A stretch of DNA of 62,891 nucleotides, filler included, from Aduncisulcus paluster (lineage: Eukaryota), in NCBI GenBank assembly GCA_024181965.1. It is 6 parts of 6 records of this genome, joined end to end, with 100 filler letters (N's around TTAATTAATTAA, not from the genome) between each part and the next. Parts side by side here need not be neighbours in the genome. Positions count along the whole stretch, not along the records: positions 23,184 to 36,594 come from BQXS01012441.1; positions 36,695 to 46,729 come from BQXS01012443.1; 4 more parts are not named here. The stretch is one strand, 5' to 3'. This document shows positions 32,433 through 43,436 of this stretch, one piece after another (position 1 is the first letter of the stretch; each line of letters begins with the position of its first letter). The translations under genes were made by a program, and so were the position numbers. Under the pieces are notes generated by a model. It was not told the origin of the DNA and did no database searches. It saw only the letters and a program-made list of their open reading frames with translations.

Positions 32433-32980
32433 TTGAAAGAGGTTCAGAGGGTTCCGGTCTTTTTTCAGATGAATAACAAAGAAGGAAAGAAACAAAAGGT
32501 ATTGCAGACGACGAAGAAGAAAAGCTTCGGACATTCCAGCCAGGTGAAAAGGTTTTCGTTCACAACCATAACCACAAATCTAAGCTCAAATCGAGCCTCT
32601 TCGGTCCTTTCGAAATCATCGAGAGAACCGGAAGCAAAAACTACGCAATCAAGAATGAATTAGAACCGGATGGAAGAGAAACAGTCCTTCCACGTAGACG
32701 ACATTCAACCAATCGAGCAAACCAGTGCCACCCAAGCGGAAATGATCAAGGCACTGAGAGCGGCAGACGAAGGAAAACGTGTCATCAAGGCTATCGAAGC
32801 CCACAAAGGTAGACGTGGAGCGAGACAGTTCCTAGTGTCATGGATAGGACTTCTAGAAGCGAAAAGATCATGGAAAAAGGAGACGGACATCCGCGAAAGT
32901 TTCATATACAAGAATTACATGAAGAACCAAGGATTGTGAAGACGGGAAAGACACTATGGAAGGAAGGCAGTGTAATGAAC
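32433..32980 (+). mobile_element. Chromovirus-type 3' fragment: integrase GPF/Y module, chromodomain, polypurine tract and LTR start
   Basis: KSKLKSSLFGPFEII in an alternate frame; IKAIEAH..RQFLVSWIG....SW chromodomain; GGAAGGAAGGCAG (32958-32970) followed by TGT. Confidence 0.75.
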
Positions 32981-33075
32981 AATAATACAAGGATTTGGAT
33001 TGAGGTTTATCATTTTTATTTTCGTTTAATCACTTTTTATATTTTGGTTTATTGAATATATGGGAATATAGACTG

Positions 33076-33145
33076 CAGGGAGTTTATGGTTTAAACTCCC
33101 GAAACAATCATCTGAACAAATAAATTTGGCCGCATTAAAGTTTAA
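33076..33145 (+). mobile_element. Left end (TIR plus subterminal motif) of a second hAT-like element
   Basis: CAGGGAGTTTATGGTTTAAACTCCC...AATAAATTTGGCCGCATTAAAGTTTA, 259 bp upstream of the transposase ATG. Confidence 0.65.
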
Positions 33146-33334
33146 CAGAGTGTCCCACAAAAATCGAAGTCCTTCAAAATAATTTATAATAAATAATTTT
33201 ATATTAATTATAAAATGTCAATCTAAATATAAACAATTCTTATGGCAAAAATCCGTTTGTAGTGAAATGCGAAGCATTTTCAACATTGAGTTTGTATTCA
33301 CAAATAAACAACATTTGAAGGGTTTTAATAAGGA

Positions 33335-35200
33335 ATGGATTTAGAAATATTACCAGTAAGCTTAATTTCAAAAATTTTAAAGGAAAAAATCCAAGGTTCT
33401 ACGGTCCTAAATCATCTTCAAAGACGACAGTCAATTTCAAGTGAATCTCTAAGACTCAGCATCAAGGAAAACTTTTTCCTAACACGATCCAAAAAAGTGT
33501 ATTGTAAAATATGTGATTGTAATAGTTTGTCCATTAATTCACGCTCTATTGCTTGCCATATGCTATCTTCTACTCATTTAAGAAATTCCTCCTCATCACA
33601 ATTACCAATCAAGAGGAGGTTTTCAGAATCAGCAGAATTAATGGAAAAAGTAAGATATGCGGAACGACTTATGGTTGATTCTATGCTCAAAATTGGATAT
33701 TCGGTCTCCTCTATTTCCTCTATTTACAATATCGCAGTTGTCAAAGCCATCCAATCAATTAAGCAACCTTTTCAAATATCAAGATCAACTGCATACAGAA
33801 TTAGAGACGATCTATTAAAACGTCAAGATCCAGGAGCACTAATGGCGTATTTCCCAGATTATTTTTCTATCGTCCTCGATAAGTTTAAATCTGGTTTAAA
33901 ACACATTCTATTTATATTGATATCTTCTCATAATATTTGTTTGGCCTTTGACTTTATTGATATTTCAGAATTAGTCAAGAAAAAATTATGTCATTTTCAA
34001 AGTCATCAATCACCCGATGAAGAAATTTCCGCGGAAGAATTTGAATCATCAAATCCAGATGAATGTCATGATTTAAGCCAAGATTTTGCACAAGATATAA
34101 TTTATTTTGAACCCAGAGTATCAATTGAGATGTTTTCTGCCCGAGCTACTGATTTAGCTAAAGCTGTTACAAATCTTTTACTTAAGCATAAAATCAGAAA
34201 GTCAAGCATTGTGGCAATTATAACTGACCGAGAACCAACAATGATTCTCATCACAGAGACTCTGATAAGACAAGGTTTTGGGATGGTCAAAACCCACTGT
34301 ACCTCCCATGTTATATCAATATTATTGCAAAGATTTACTAAATTGAGGCTTCCTACTATATCTCAGTTTATTCACAGAATTTCTAAATTCCTTGGTGTCC
34401 AAAAAGAGGCAAGATCCATGGAAAGAGAAATCATGAAACTCCCCAAAATTTCCGATTTCTCAATTAGATGGAAAAATACCCTAGAAAATATGAAAATAAT
34501 AATTGAATATTGGGATATTTATTTAAGTCTGATTTTAAAATGCGAAGAAAGTGCTGATAGACAGCGAATTTTGGCTGATATGAGGAATCCGACCCTCAAA
34601 GAAAATCTCTTTTCCTTTTTCTCGCAAACTGGAGAGAAATCCCTCTCGATCCTAACTACAACTCAAAGAGAGAAACCAATTACAGAGGATTATTATCATT
34701 TAAGAGATTTTTTTCATGAAATTGAGGAGGAATGGGGTGGACGAATGATCACTGAAAGATCTTACATCCGGGCAAGGCACGAGTTAGAAATGAATATAAA
34801 ACTTTATTATTTGAGAGTGGTATTTTGTCCAGAGGAGTGGAAGTTTCAAGAGAGCGTGGATACGACCTGCGCGACATATTCTTTTTCACATTTCTTGTCA
34901 GAAGCTGGTGAGCGAAGATATTTTGTTCAAAACCGGTTTAAAGAATATATTTCGCTGCTTGATGATCCTTCTAATTCTTCATTACTTAAGATTCCAAGAT
35001 TTATAGAAATTCATTATCCTTGCTTAAAAAAATATCAATTAATGGTTTTATCAATGCCATTTACTGGAGCGTCCATAGAAAGATTCTTTAGTGTCGTGAG
35101 TTCTGAGAATTCAAGCACTCGCAGACATCATCAAACTTCGACATTGATAGCTGAGGCAAAATACAAGTTTAATGCAAAACAATTAGAATCCATTGAATAA
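33335..35200 (+). CDS. Intact hAT-like DDE transposase with N-terminal Zn finger
   Basis: CKIC..HMLSSTH finger; IVLDK (D), IITDREP (D), CTSH (CxxH), IRW and GASIERFFS (E, hAT C-terminal domain). Confidence 0.88.
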   Translation: MDLEILPVSLISKILKEKIQGSTVLNHLQRRQSISSESLRLSIKENFFLTRSKKVYCKICDCNSLSINSRSIACHMLSSTHLRNSSSSQLPIKRRFSESAELMEKVRYAERLMVDSMLKIGYSVSSISSIYNIAVVKAIQSIKQPFQISRSTAYRIRDDLLKRQDPGALMAYFPDYFSIVLDKFKSGLKHILFILISSHNICLAFDFIDISELVKKKLCHFQSHQSPDEEISAEEFESSNPDECHDLSQDFAQDIIYFEPRVSIEMFSARATDLAKAVTNLLLKHKIRKSSIVAIITDREPTMILITETLIRQGFGMVKTHCTSHVISILLQRFTKLRLPTISQFIHRISKFLGVQKEARSMEREIMKLPKISDFSIRWKNTLENMKIIIEYWDIYLSLILKCEESADRQRILADMRNPTLKENLFSFFSQTGEKSLSILTTTQREKPITEDYYHLRDFFHEIEEEWGGRMITERSYIRARHELEMNIKLYYLRVVFCPEEWKFQESVDTTCATYSFSHFLSEAGERRYFVQNRFKEYISLLDDPSNSSLLKIPRFIEIHYPCLKKYQLMVLSMPFTGASIERFFSVVSSENSSTRRHHQTSTLIAEAKYKFNAKQLESIE

Positions 35201-36023
35201 AACGTGAAATTAAAATAAAATTTATTGATATCTCTTGAATTTATCCATTAAATATGTGGATATGGATAATAATTCTTGAAACAATAAATGTACAATAAAA
35301 TACAAATTATAGACATTTTTATAACTAAAAGGTATTTTTTATTTATTTTTTTTAATTTTTTTTCTTAAATAAATGAAATACAAAAAAGACATCGAAAAAC
35401 GGCCACTTGGATTATAAAAAAAAAAAAAAACATTGCCTGATGAAAGGGCTTTTTTTTGCCTCCCCACTTTTATAGCGACAAAAAACGGCCTAGGAAGCAG
35501 AGGTCACCGGAGAGCGGGGAGTACTGAAGAAGCCTCACCTTAATTTTTTTAAAAAAAGATAGAAAATAAAACGTTAGCTTAAAAAAAATGAAAAAATAAA
35601 ACAAAAAATAAAAATTGAAACTTGTTGGTTACAAAAGAAATATTTCAGTCTGGATATACTGAAAACATGTCGTGCAACCCAAAATCATAGAACAGAATAG
35701 AATTATTAAGTTCAAATAATTTCAAATTTATTTTTAAAAACATAAAAATTTCTTGCATTTAAGGATACAATCATCTTTTTTATTGGTATAAAATAAGTTT
35801 TTATATTCACTGAATTAGAATAAAAAATAAAAATTTATTTAATATCTTTGAGAATACACATATAACTAAGCAAAATATGTTTTTTTGTATCTACTCATAA
35901 TCGTATTTAAATTTTATTTTTGTCCTGTCATCACAACGAACTCTTTTTTATGTCAAGACATATGTTAAACATAACATCGCTGCTTTTCGAGTAAAACATA
36001 TGTTCTACCATAGGTATTACATG

Positions 36024-36097
36024 TGTATACCATTAATGTTTGACATATGTATACCATTAATGTTTGACATATGTATACCATCATTGTTTGACATATG
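36024..36097. repeat. 24-bp tandem repeat x3
   Basis: TGTATACCATTAATGTTTGACATA; the third copy has two changes. Confidence 0.9.
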
Positions 36098-36150
36098 AAG
36101 ACTTCATGTCTTATCCATTTAGTTAATTGCTATTAAGACGATTGATTTTA

Positions 36151-36552
36151 TTATTTTCTCAATGGACAAATCAAAAAGTGACCTGGGATTGTTTTATATT
36201 GTAAATCTCTTGCCAGGGAACAATGAACCAACCTATCAACACTAGAAATCAGAATATTATCGATTCGAGAGTAAATATATAAGTAAAATAAATTATACCG
36301 ATATTCTCGGTTTCCAACTGATGCTACTTCGTAATATTCATAAATGTATCCCCTTATATACGATTTGTCTTCGCAATGTTGACAAAAGACAACTATTGAG
36401 TCATCAGCTTCCCTATTCTTAAACGTATAGCACTTTCCAGGACGAAATCGGATGCTAGGAAGCGAATCACTCTCATCCGGAATATCCATTGCTGGAATTA
36501 AAAACGGAAGGGACATCGAAGCCAGATAATGGGACTTTGGCTGTGTGCGCAC
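36151..36552 (-). CDS. Hypothetical protein or terminal exon near the contig edge
   Basis: 133-codon ORF with protein-like composition; no family recognised. Confidence 0.35.
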   Translation of the reverse strand: MRTQPKSHYLASMSLPFLIPAMDIPDESDSLPSIRFRPGKCYTFKNREADDSIVVFCQHCEDKSYIRGYIYEYYEVASVGNREYRYNLFYLYIYSRIDNILISSVDRLVHCSLARDLQYKTIPGHFLICPLRK

Positions 36553-36694
36553 GTATCTATATAATCGATATATTGATGAATTAATTATCGATTCNNNNNN
36601 NNNNNNNNNNNNNNNNNNNNNNNNNNNNNNNNNNNNNNTTAATTAATTAANNNNNNNNNNNNNNNNNNNNNNNNNNNNNNNNNNNNNNNNNNNN

Positions 36695-37892
36695 CAAGAG
36701 ACGGAATTGTTGAGAAAGTAGAAACAAGCTTACACCAATATCTCATTCCATCATTTTCTTCATCTTTTCCTTTCATTTTTTCTTTACATTCCTTAACAAT
36801 ATCAAACCAGAAATCAAGGAAGCCCTTGGTTTCCTTAAATATTTCAGCCATGTGGGTGGGATTACTGCAAAGATTAGAAAAGAATGCTAAACTTCGAGAG
36901 AGAACAAAATTAACAACGTCTTTACCAAATTCCTTTTTTCTGTGACCAATCTCTTTGAGATTATTCAGAACAGGGAGAAACATGAACCAAAGCTGTGAGG
37001 AACGGGAGGGAGAGGCGACATCAGGATTTGTGTCGGAGGAAACATATCGAAGAATGCTTAACCACTTCATATAACCGTCGATAGTGGGGTATTTCCTCAT
37101 CCAAGGTAAAATGTGAGGGAGAAGAATGGATAAAAGGGAATTTCGAATGAAGGGCGTATTCTCTTCTGAAAATGCATATTCTTGACATAGTTCAAGGATA
37201 TCCAAAACCTTAAAATTTGAAAAATTCTTTGTTTCACCAAGGGAAAAAATTATGGAGAGAAAGCCAGATATTTCACCAAAAAGAATTTTCTGAAGATTGG
37301 GATAATCATACCTGAATAATGTCAATTTCATCGATGATTTAATTATTCGGAGCAACAATATAGTTATTTGACTCATTTTATCTTCAGCTTCGAGTGGTTT
37401 CTTCTTATTTTCTCGTTTATCTCGAGTTCTTCTTTTCCCAACTCGAGATGCTCCATATGGAGATGTACCATCTTTCTCCCCTTCTTCTGGTTTGTCCGTG
37501 GATGCCTCCCTAAGCACAGATTCAACTCTGATCATAGAAGGAAACATTGATTTGAAAAAGGAACCGAGGTCGGACAGTACAGTATGAGAAATGGGATTCG
37601 AACCGAGGTCGGGCAGTACAGAATGAGAAATGGGATTCGAACCGAGGTCGGGCAGTACAGTATGAAAAATGGGATTCAGAGAGCGTCGTAGGGGAATTTC
37701 ATATATTAATTGATTCGACAAATATGAAAAGCAAAGGGTAAAAATATCTCGACGGGCTAGGATCGTCTTTGATGATTTGGAGAATTCATCAAAGAATGCA
37801 CAAATACGTCCGTAAAGCTCATAAAATGGATATGAACATGTAATATCACACTTAAGTCTGTCAAGTTCGGATTGAGTAAAACGTGTTGGCAT
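36695..37892 (-). CDS. Lineage-expanded helical-repeat protein, paralog of 43437-46325; 3' truncated
   Basis: MPTRFTQSELDRLK vs MPRNPFTQCELEKLR; shared RYWCKLVSTFSTIPS with near-identical DNA. Confidence 0.8.
37561..37677. repeat. 39-bp coding tandem repeat x3 (NPISHTVLPDLGS)
   Basis: GAACCGAGGTCGG[A/G]CAGTACAG[T/A]ATGA[G/A]AAATGGGATTC x3. Confidence 0.9.
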
Positions 37893-38601
37893 ATCTGAGT
37901 TGAAGAAAAATAATTCAAACGAAAAAAATGGAAAAGCGATTAGATTACAATTTATGACATTAATAAATCAAAAGGCGAACATAGAATAAGACAAATGTGT
38001 ACTACACATTATTTCTAGTTGAAAAAAATCTGATTCATAGTAGCCTACTACATACTCAATATTAATAAGTGGAATAAATATCAAAGTACTACAGAAAATA
38101 GAATATATATCCAAATATGTGGAATAACAACGCCTTTGGGATATATTCTGGAATGGACTCGGTCAAGAAATGCTTGATTTTTTTGAAAGCTGAGTCAGCT
38201 CGCGAAATACCTCGCTCGCGGTGTCTTTATTTAATGTTGTTCAAATAAATTTTTACACTTATTTAATTATCTATATTTTATATTATATTTCACATCTGGG
38301 ATTCCTCATTAGATCCAGCTTCGCCAAATACTTGGAGAAACAGAAACCATATCCTTTCGCCAGTGCTGCGCCAAGGCGAGCAAGTCTCCAGAATGAGGTT
38401 TGGAAGAGGGATTTTTCAGAAACAACAACAAACAACGACCGCTTATTCTCGCCTTCGGCAGCCGAAGTTCGGCTTCCTAATAAAAGTCTGGTTATACCAG
38501 AACTTGTCCGTGAAGACGGATTATCTTATTGAAACTCCTATTTCCGTTTGCAATTCGAACTTCGAATTTGATTCGACGAAACAACTTGAAGTTGTGAAGC
38601 A

Positions 38602-38673
38602 CAGGGGTGTACATCTTGCAGCCGCTGGCTGCCAACGAGAAATTTGGCTGCAATTGGCTGCCAAGTGGCTGCA
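38602..38673 (+). mobile_element. Probable hAT-like left end with TGGCTGC subterminal repeats
   Basis: CAGGGGTGTACATCT, then four TGGCTGC and one inverted GCAGCC, 150 bp upstream of a Zn-finger ORF. Confidence 0.55.
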
Positions 38674-38752
38674 TTTTGCGTTTTTTTTTGAAAATAAACT
38701 CCACAAATTTCGTGATTTGAATCTCTTTTTTTTGCATCGTTTCGCAATAATT

Positions 38753-39580
38753 ATGGGTGATTGTAACAAAATTTACTTTTTACAAAACGTTTGGGATTCT
38801 TTAGATGAAAAGGATAAAGAAAAATTTGAAGATAAGGAGAAATTTGAAGAGAATTTTGATTGCAGTTTTGATTGGACAAAACCCATTACAAAAAATAAGA
38901 AAATATCAGGTAAATTAAAAAAACGGTATTATCTGCAATGTAAATGTTGTCATTGCCTGATCGAGAGGACTGTAAAGAAATTACGTTCTCATCTCAAGTC
39001 AGAGCAACACCTTTCGAAATATGACGCTTGTCAGGAGCAGAAAACCATTGATGAATATCGTAAGAAGGGGAAAATATCTCCTTCCGATGCTAAAGATGGG
39101 TGTATAGGCCATTTACTTGGGTTAGGACTTTCTCCTCTGATGATCAGTAAGATTTTGACACCGGAGTTTCAATCTTTAATGTATAAAGCAGGAACTGGGA
39201 ATATTGTAACAAGAAAGATAGTAGAAACGACAGCAAAAAGATTGATAAAAAAACAAGAGGATGATTTGTGTCGAGAGTTGGAGGGATGTAAACAAGCAGG
39301 AAAGATGAGAAGTTCTCAGGATGCGCTCCAATATGGTCCCTCGAAAAAACGGTCTGAGATCTCTCAGTCTGTGAGTGTTGATAAGGAATCCCAAGACAAA
39401 GAGCACTCTATTACAGCAATTGGTAAGTCTTCACATAAGTTATGTCATTCTCAGAAAAATCAACGATGCATTGATGAGTTTTTCCCGGTTGTACCTAAAT
39501 CACCCACATCTGATTCCTCTAGTTCTTTGTCTGAGGAATCTCAGATTGAGATTCAGAGTATAGACAGCGTCAAATTGTAA
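38753..39580 (+). CDS. Transposase-derived Zn-finger protein lacking the DDE core
   Basis: CKCC..LRSHLKSEQH and GLSPLMISKILTPEFQ parallel the N-termini of the contig-2 transposases; ATG at 38753. Confidence 0.6.
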   Translation: MGDCNKIYFLQNVWDSLDEKDKEKFEDKEKFEENFDCSFDWTKPITKNKKISGKLKKRYYLQCKCCHCLIERTVKKLRSHLKSEQHLSKYDACQEQKTIDEYRKKGKISPSDAKDGCIGHLLGLGLSPLMISKILTPEFQSLMYKAGTGNIVTRKIVETTAKRLIKKQEDDLCRELEGCKQAGKMRSSQDALQYGPSKKRSEISQSVSVDKESQDKEHSITAIGKSSHKLCHSQKNQRCIDEFFPVVPKSPTSDSSSSLSEESQIEIQSIDSVKL

Positions 39581-40849
39581 TTTCAAAATGATTACAAAAT
39601 GACGAAATGAATGTATTGACCGCGTTAGTGGTGGCTAGCAAATTTATTATGGAGGAGGTGACCGGTACAACCGGGGAATGTCGGTTACCATCACATCAAA
39701 TGATGAATCTTGATCGTTTATAAGAATCCATGAAATGAGATCAAAAGATAATGACTGGTGTACCTGGGTTTATACGGCTCTATTTCATATTCTATATTGT
39801 ATATACACTTCATATGAGACCTTTCTCGGGCCCTTTTATTCTACTTTCTTGGATAAGAAGATGATCAGTGATTGAGGTGAAATTAAGAATATAAATGAAA
39901 TGCCATCTCAAGAAAAAATGTCTTTATAGATATTAATAATACAAAAAGTCCATATTGGGCAATGTCCTTTCATTATTCTGCTCAATGATCAACCTGAAAT
40001 TATCCTACAACATGCTATATTAAATATTTTATTCCAAAAGTTTACCTTTTTACTTTTAATGGAAGTAATTTGACTAATTATTGCTCTAATTCATGCCATA
40101 TCGTCTAATATCACTAGATACAGTGAATCTACCCGTATGTGACTGGACTAAAAAAATCCCACTGGCAGAGTACATCTGGCAGATATACACCCACTTCTGA
40201 AGTGTCACCAAGTGGGCTAGAATCCCTTCCAAACATATTCCCCCATCAAAAGACATTGCCAAACAATATAAGTAAAAACAAATGAATCAGTTTTTCTCAA
40301 TCGAGCAGAGAATAGTGAGAACGATTCGAAAACCAAGAAAAACCAGAAGTATAGCTTCTCTGCCAATATGTCGATGATATATATGCAATATTCATAGATT
40401 TTAAATGCAACTTATCATCATATTTTGTAACTTTATAATCCAATATGTAAACAAATGTCGGACTTATGAAACGATTTTGTGTCGGGAGTGGATTCACAAG
40501 GATGACATACAACATATGAAACAAAGGAAAATTTAACACATATTTATTTATATATTATGCAATATCACTTTCCGTGATTGTCAGACGGGGGTTGTGAGTT
40601 TGGTCGTCGTCTTTTCCTGCGTAAATAACATATTATATATTTACTGTATGCCATATCTTTTACTACTTATACATTTAGACATATTTTAATTGGTGACTTC
40701 TAATTATACCCATTATTGTGCTGTGTGGTCGTTTCTTGTTCGTTTTGTTCGTCGGGGTCGTGGTGTCTATGTCTCGGACTGTTCTCTTTGAAATTCGCAA
40801 TTATTCTGTTTATTTTTATTTTTTTAGATAATATTCCTTCTCTATTCAA

Positions 40850-41956
40850 ATGAGTTTATCCACAGATGCTGTTATTCAAACTATAGAACCCGAGTTTGTC
40901 CAGGAAGGAGATTGCCTTTGCTGTCCAATTCCTGGAGATGCCCCCAATATCAAGAGTGCAGCATTTCCAACTATCACAGCAATAGATGGAACCAAGAAAG
41001 AAGGTGATGAAGAGTACGATCAGAGTTCTGAAGCACAAGATATGATGAAAGAAGAGTTGAATTGTGGGCATTTTACCGATATTTCCATTCCTTTCTCTTC
41101 ATTTTCCCCAATTAAAGGTGTCTATATCTGTCTTTTTGTTTCTACTTATTCTTTACCTCCATCACACCTTATCTTCACTTTCACATCTTCAAAGCGTGGG
41201 AAAACATCCAAGAAATTTGAATTTCCTGAACTTAAAGGTTGGTATTGGTATTTCCTTCCTGTTGATCTCCCTGATGTTGTTCTGTGTGAGATTACAGGGA
41301 AAGGAAGAGAGGAAGAGTCTTTTGAAATCGAATCCCTTGTTTTCATTAGTAGAGAAGAATCGCCTGAAGAAATCATATTTCATGAATCCAGAGAGAAACT
41401 ATGGTCTGAAGCTCCAGTTGTGAAACCAAAGTTTGTTAAGGAAGGAGATAATGAATCTAAAGGTAAAGATTCTATTCCCATTCAACGAGATGATCCAAAG
41501 ATTGTTGATCCTTCATTCTCAATGGTTAAGTGCAAGGATGATTCGTATAGTAAGGAATCTGAGTATTATGATCAGAGTTCAGATGCACAAAGAATGTTAA
41601 AAGGGGAATGTTATTTACACTTATCCCATCTTTCCATCCCTTTCCCATCACCTAGTCCCATGAAAGGTGCTTATATCTGTGTGAATATGTTTCATAGTTC
41701 ACCCTCTCTTCTCTTCACTTTCACCGATTGTGATGGTAAGAAGACATCCAAGAAGTATGAATTCACAAGACCAAAACATAAATATGAATGGCACTTCCTT
41801 CCTATTGATTTGCCGAATGTTATATTGTGCGAGATTGAAGGGAAAGGGATGTGGAAAGAGAAGAACTGTCGAATTTTCGGAGTCTACTCCCTTGTATTTA
41901 CTATGCCCGAGGAAACCATTGCAGCTGAACGATTATCTCTACTTCCATGGAAATAA
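40850..41956 (+). CDS. Lineage-expanded two-repeat protein (intronless)
   Basis: Two ~180-aa repeats: P.FV.EG...PI..D.P, YDQSS.AQ.M, SIPF....P.KG.YIC, FTFT...GKTSKK.EF, W.FLP.DL..V.LCEI.GKG. Confidence 0.85.
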   Translation: MSLSTDAVIQTIEPEFVQEGDCLCCPIPGDAPNIKSAAFPTITAIDGTKKEGDEEYDQSSEAQDMMKEELNCGHFTDISIPFSSFSPIKGVYICLFVSTYSLPPSHLIFTFTSSKRGKTSKKFEFPELKGWYWYFLPVDLPDVVLCEITGKGREEESFEIESLVFISREESPEEIIFHESREKLWSEAPVVKPKFVKEGDNESKGKDSIPIQRDDPKIVDPSFSMVKCKDDSYSKESEYYDQSSDAQRMLKGECYLHLSHLSIPFPSPSPMKGAYICVNMFHSSPSLLFTFTDCDGKKTSKKYEFTRPKHKYEWHFLPIDLPNVILCEIEGKGMWKEKNCRIFGVYSLVFTMPEETIAAERLSLLPWK

Positions 41957-42111
41957 CCCAAGGATAATGCTATTGTCTGTAAAGAGGTCAGTCTTCTCAG
42001 AAATAATCGTTTGACAGATGTCTGATATGATATCAGTGATATTAATCCCATGATTTACCAAGATGATAGATGCCGATCATAATGAAAGATTAACTGATTT
42101 CTCGAGAAGAT

Positions 42112-43170
42112 TTATTGCAATTCTTTCCTCGAATGATTGCTATGAGAATCATCACAATCAGATATCTGTCCGCTAACTTTGGTGTCATCCTCCTCTATCT
42201 GTGGTGATACCTTGACATTATCCAGTCTGACAGCTCTTGCATGATCACTTTCGAACAAAATCACTCTCCATTGCTGATTCAAACATAAGATAATTGATAA
42301 AATAATTGCAAGTGAAAGAATAAACCCAAACGACAGCATTGCCACTCCATAATTCCATTTCTTAGCGATAGCACCACCAATCATTGGAATAGTAGCCAGA
42401 CAGAGATTTGTCATGGCAACTTGAACCCCAAAACAGACATTGGACAGTGATCGGTTGGTCATTACCCTATCAATTGCGTTTGTACAAACAGCTGGAATGG
42501 TACTATAACTCACTCCAATAAGAAGGAAACATGAATGGAATAAATTCGTGAGTTTAGATGGGTTGGAGTGTATAATTTCGCAAAAAGATGATTCCAAGGC
42601 GTTTGAGGAAAGAAAATTCAGTCCAACAAATCATTCGTCAGAGAGAGTTGAACCGAAGCCATAAAGAAGCATGTTGATAAAATTGATTGAACAACCAACG
42701 TGACCCAGACTTCAGAATCTCCAGACTCTAGGACATTTTATAGGACAAGTCACTCGGATTTGAAATCCAAAAAAATATCAAGGAAAATACAATATTGACA
42801 CGGCTAAAGAGTCACTGATCATAATAATTCCGCCATGAAAAGATGAAATGGAACCATTCACAGATTTCCAAAATCTCTATATTGCAACAAAAACGATCTT
42901 CGAATCACAGCAATTCTTTGGAGCTTGTGATTTACATGAGAACGACCCAATGGCCATGAGTCATGAAATATAGTATTTATACCATATTATCTACTCCAGA
43001 AGAAACAGACAATTGGACTCTTTTAAAGGATAAAAGAAGGCTTCTTCTCTAACTGCCAATTTAAACAGCATGGGTATATATGGAAGAAATATTATTTTTT
43101 GTCCAAATATTATGCAAATAGATTAATGCCCAAGAGCCATGGATAACCCCCAATGCTGGAGATACACAAA
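42112..43170 (-). pseudogene. MFS transporter (MFSD1-like) remnant; C-terminal part open at 42112-42597
   Basis: IGVSYS...CFGVQVAMTNLCLATIPMIGG resembles the last MFSD1 helices. Upstream hydrophobic frames are broken by stops. Confidence 0.5.
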
Positions 43171-43436
43171 ATGTCGTTTTAAACCTATTATTTTGACCGA
43201 ATCCATTCCAGCGGATAGCCTAAAGGTGTTGTGATTCCATATATTTGGATATATTATATTCCATTATCTTCAGTATTTTTATATTTAAACAGTTTATTGC
43301 TTTTGTATGTTTATTTCCACATTTGTCTTGTTCCATGGTCGATTTATGTTTTATTTATGTCATAAATTATAATTTAATCCTTATTTTTTCGATTTTTAAT
43401 TGAATTGGGTTTTGTTCACCTCTGACAAATTAGACC

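Noticed and set aside
35430..35540. CTGATGA plus GC-rich tract as a hammerhead ribozyme or SRP RNA
   Set aside because: I could not build the required stems or place the GAAA core; the SRP helix-8 motif does not match.
36024..36097. 24-bp repeats (and 39-bp repeats at 37561) as a CRISPR-like array
   Set aside because: Head-to-tail with no spacers, in a eukaryotic context with no cas genes.
38300..38335. Minus-strand YLAKLDL resembling RT motif A
   Set aside because: No flanking RT motifs; probably coincidence.
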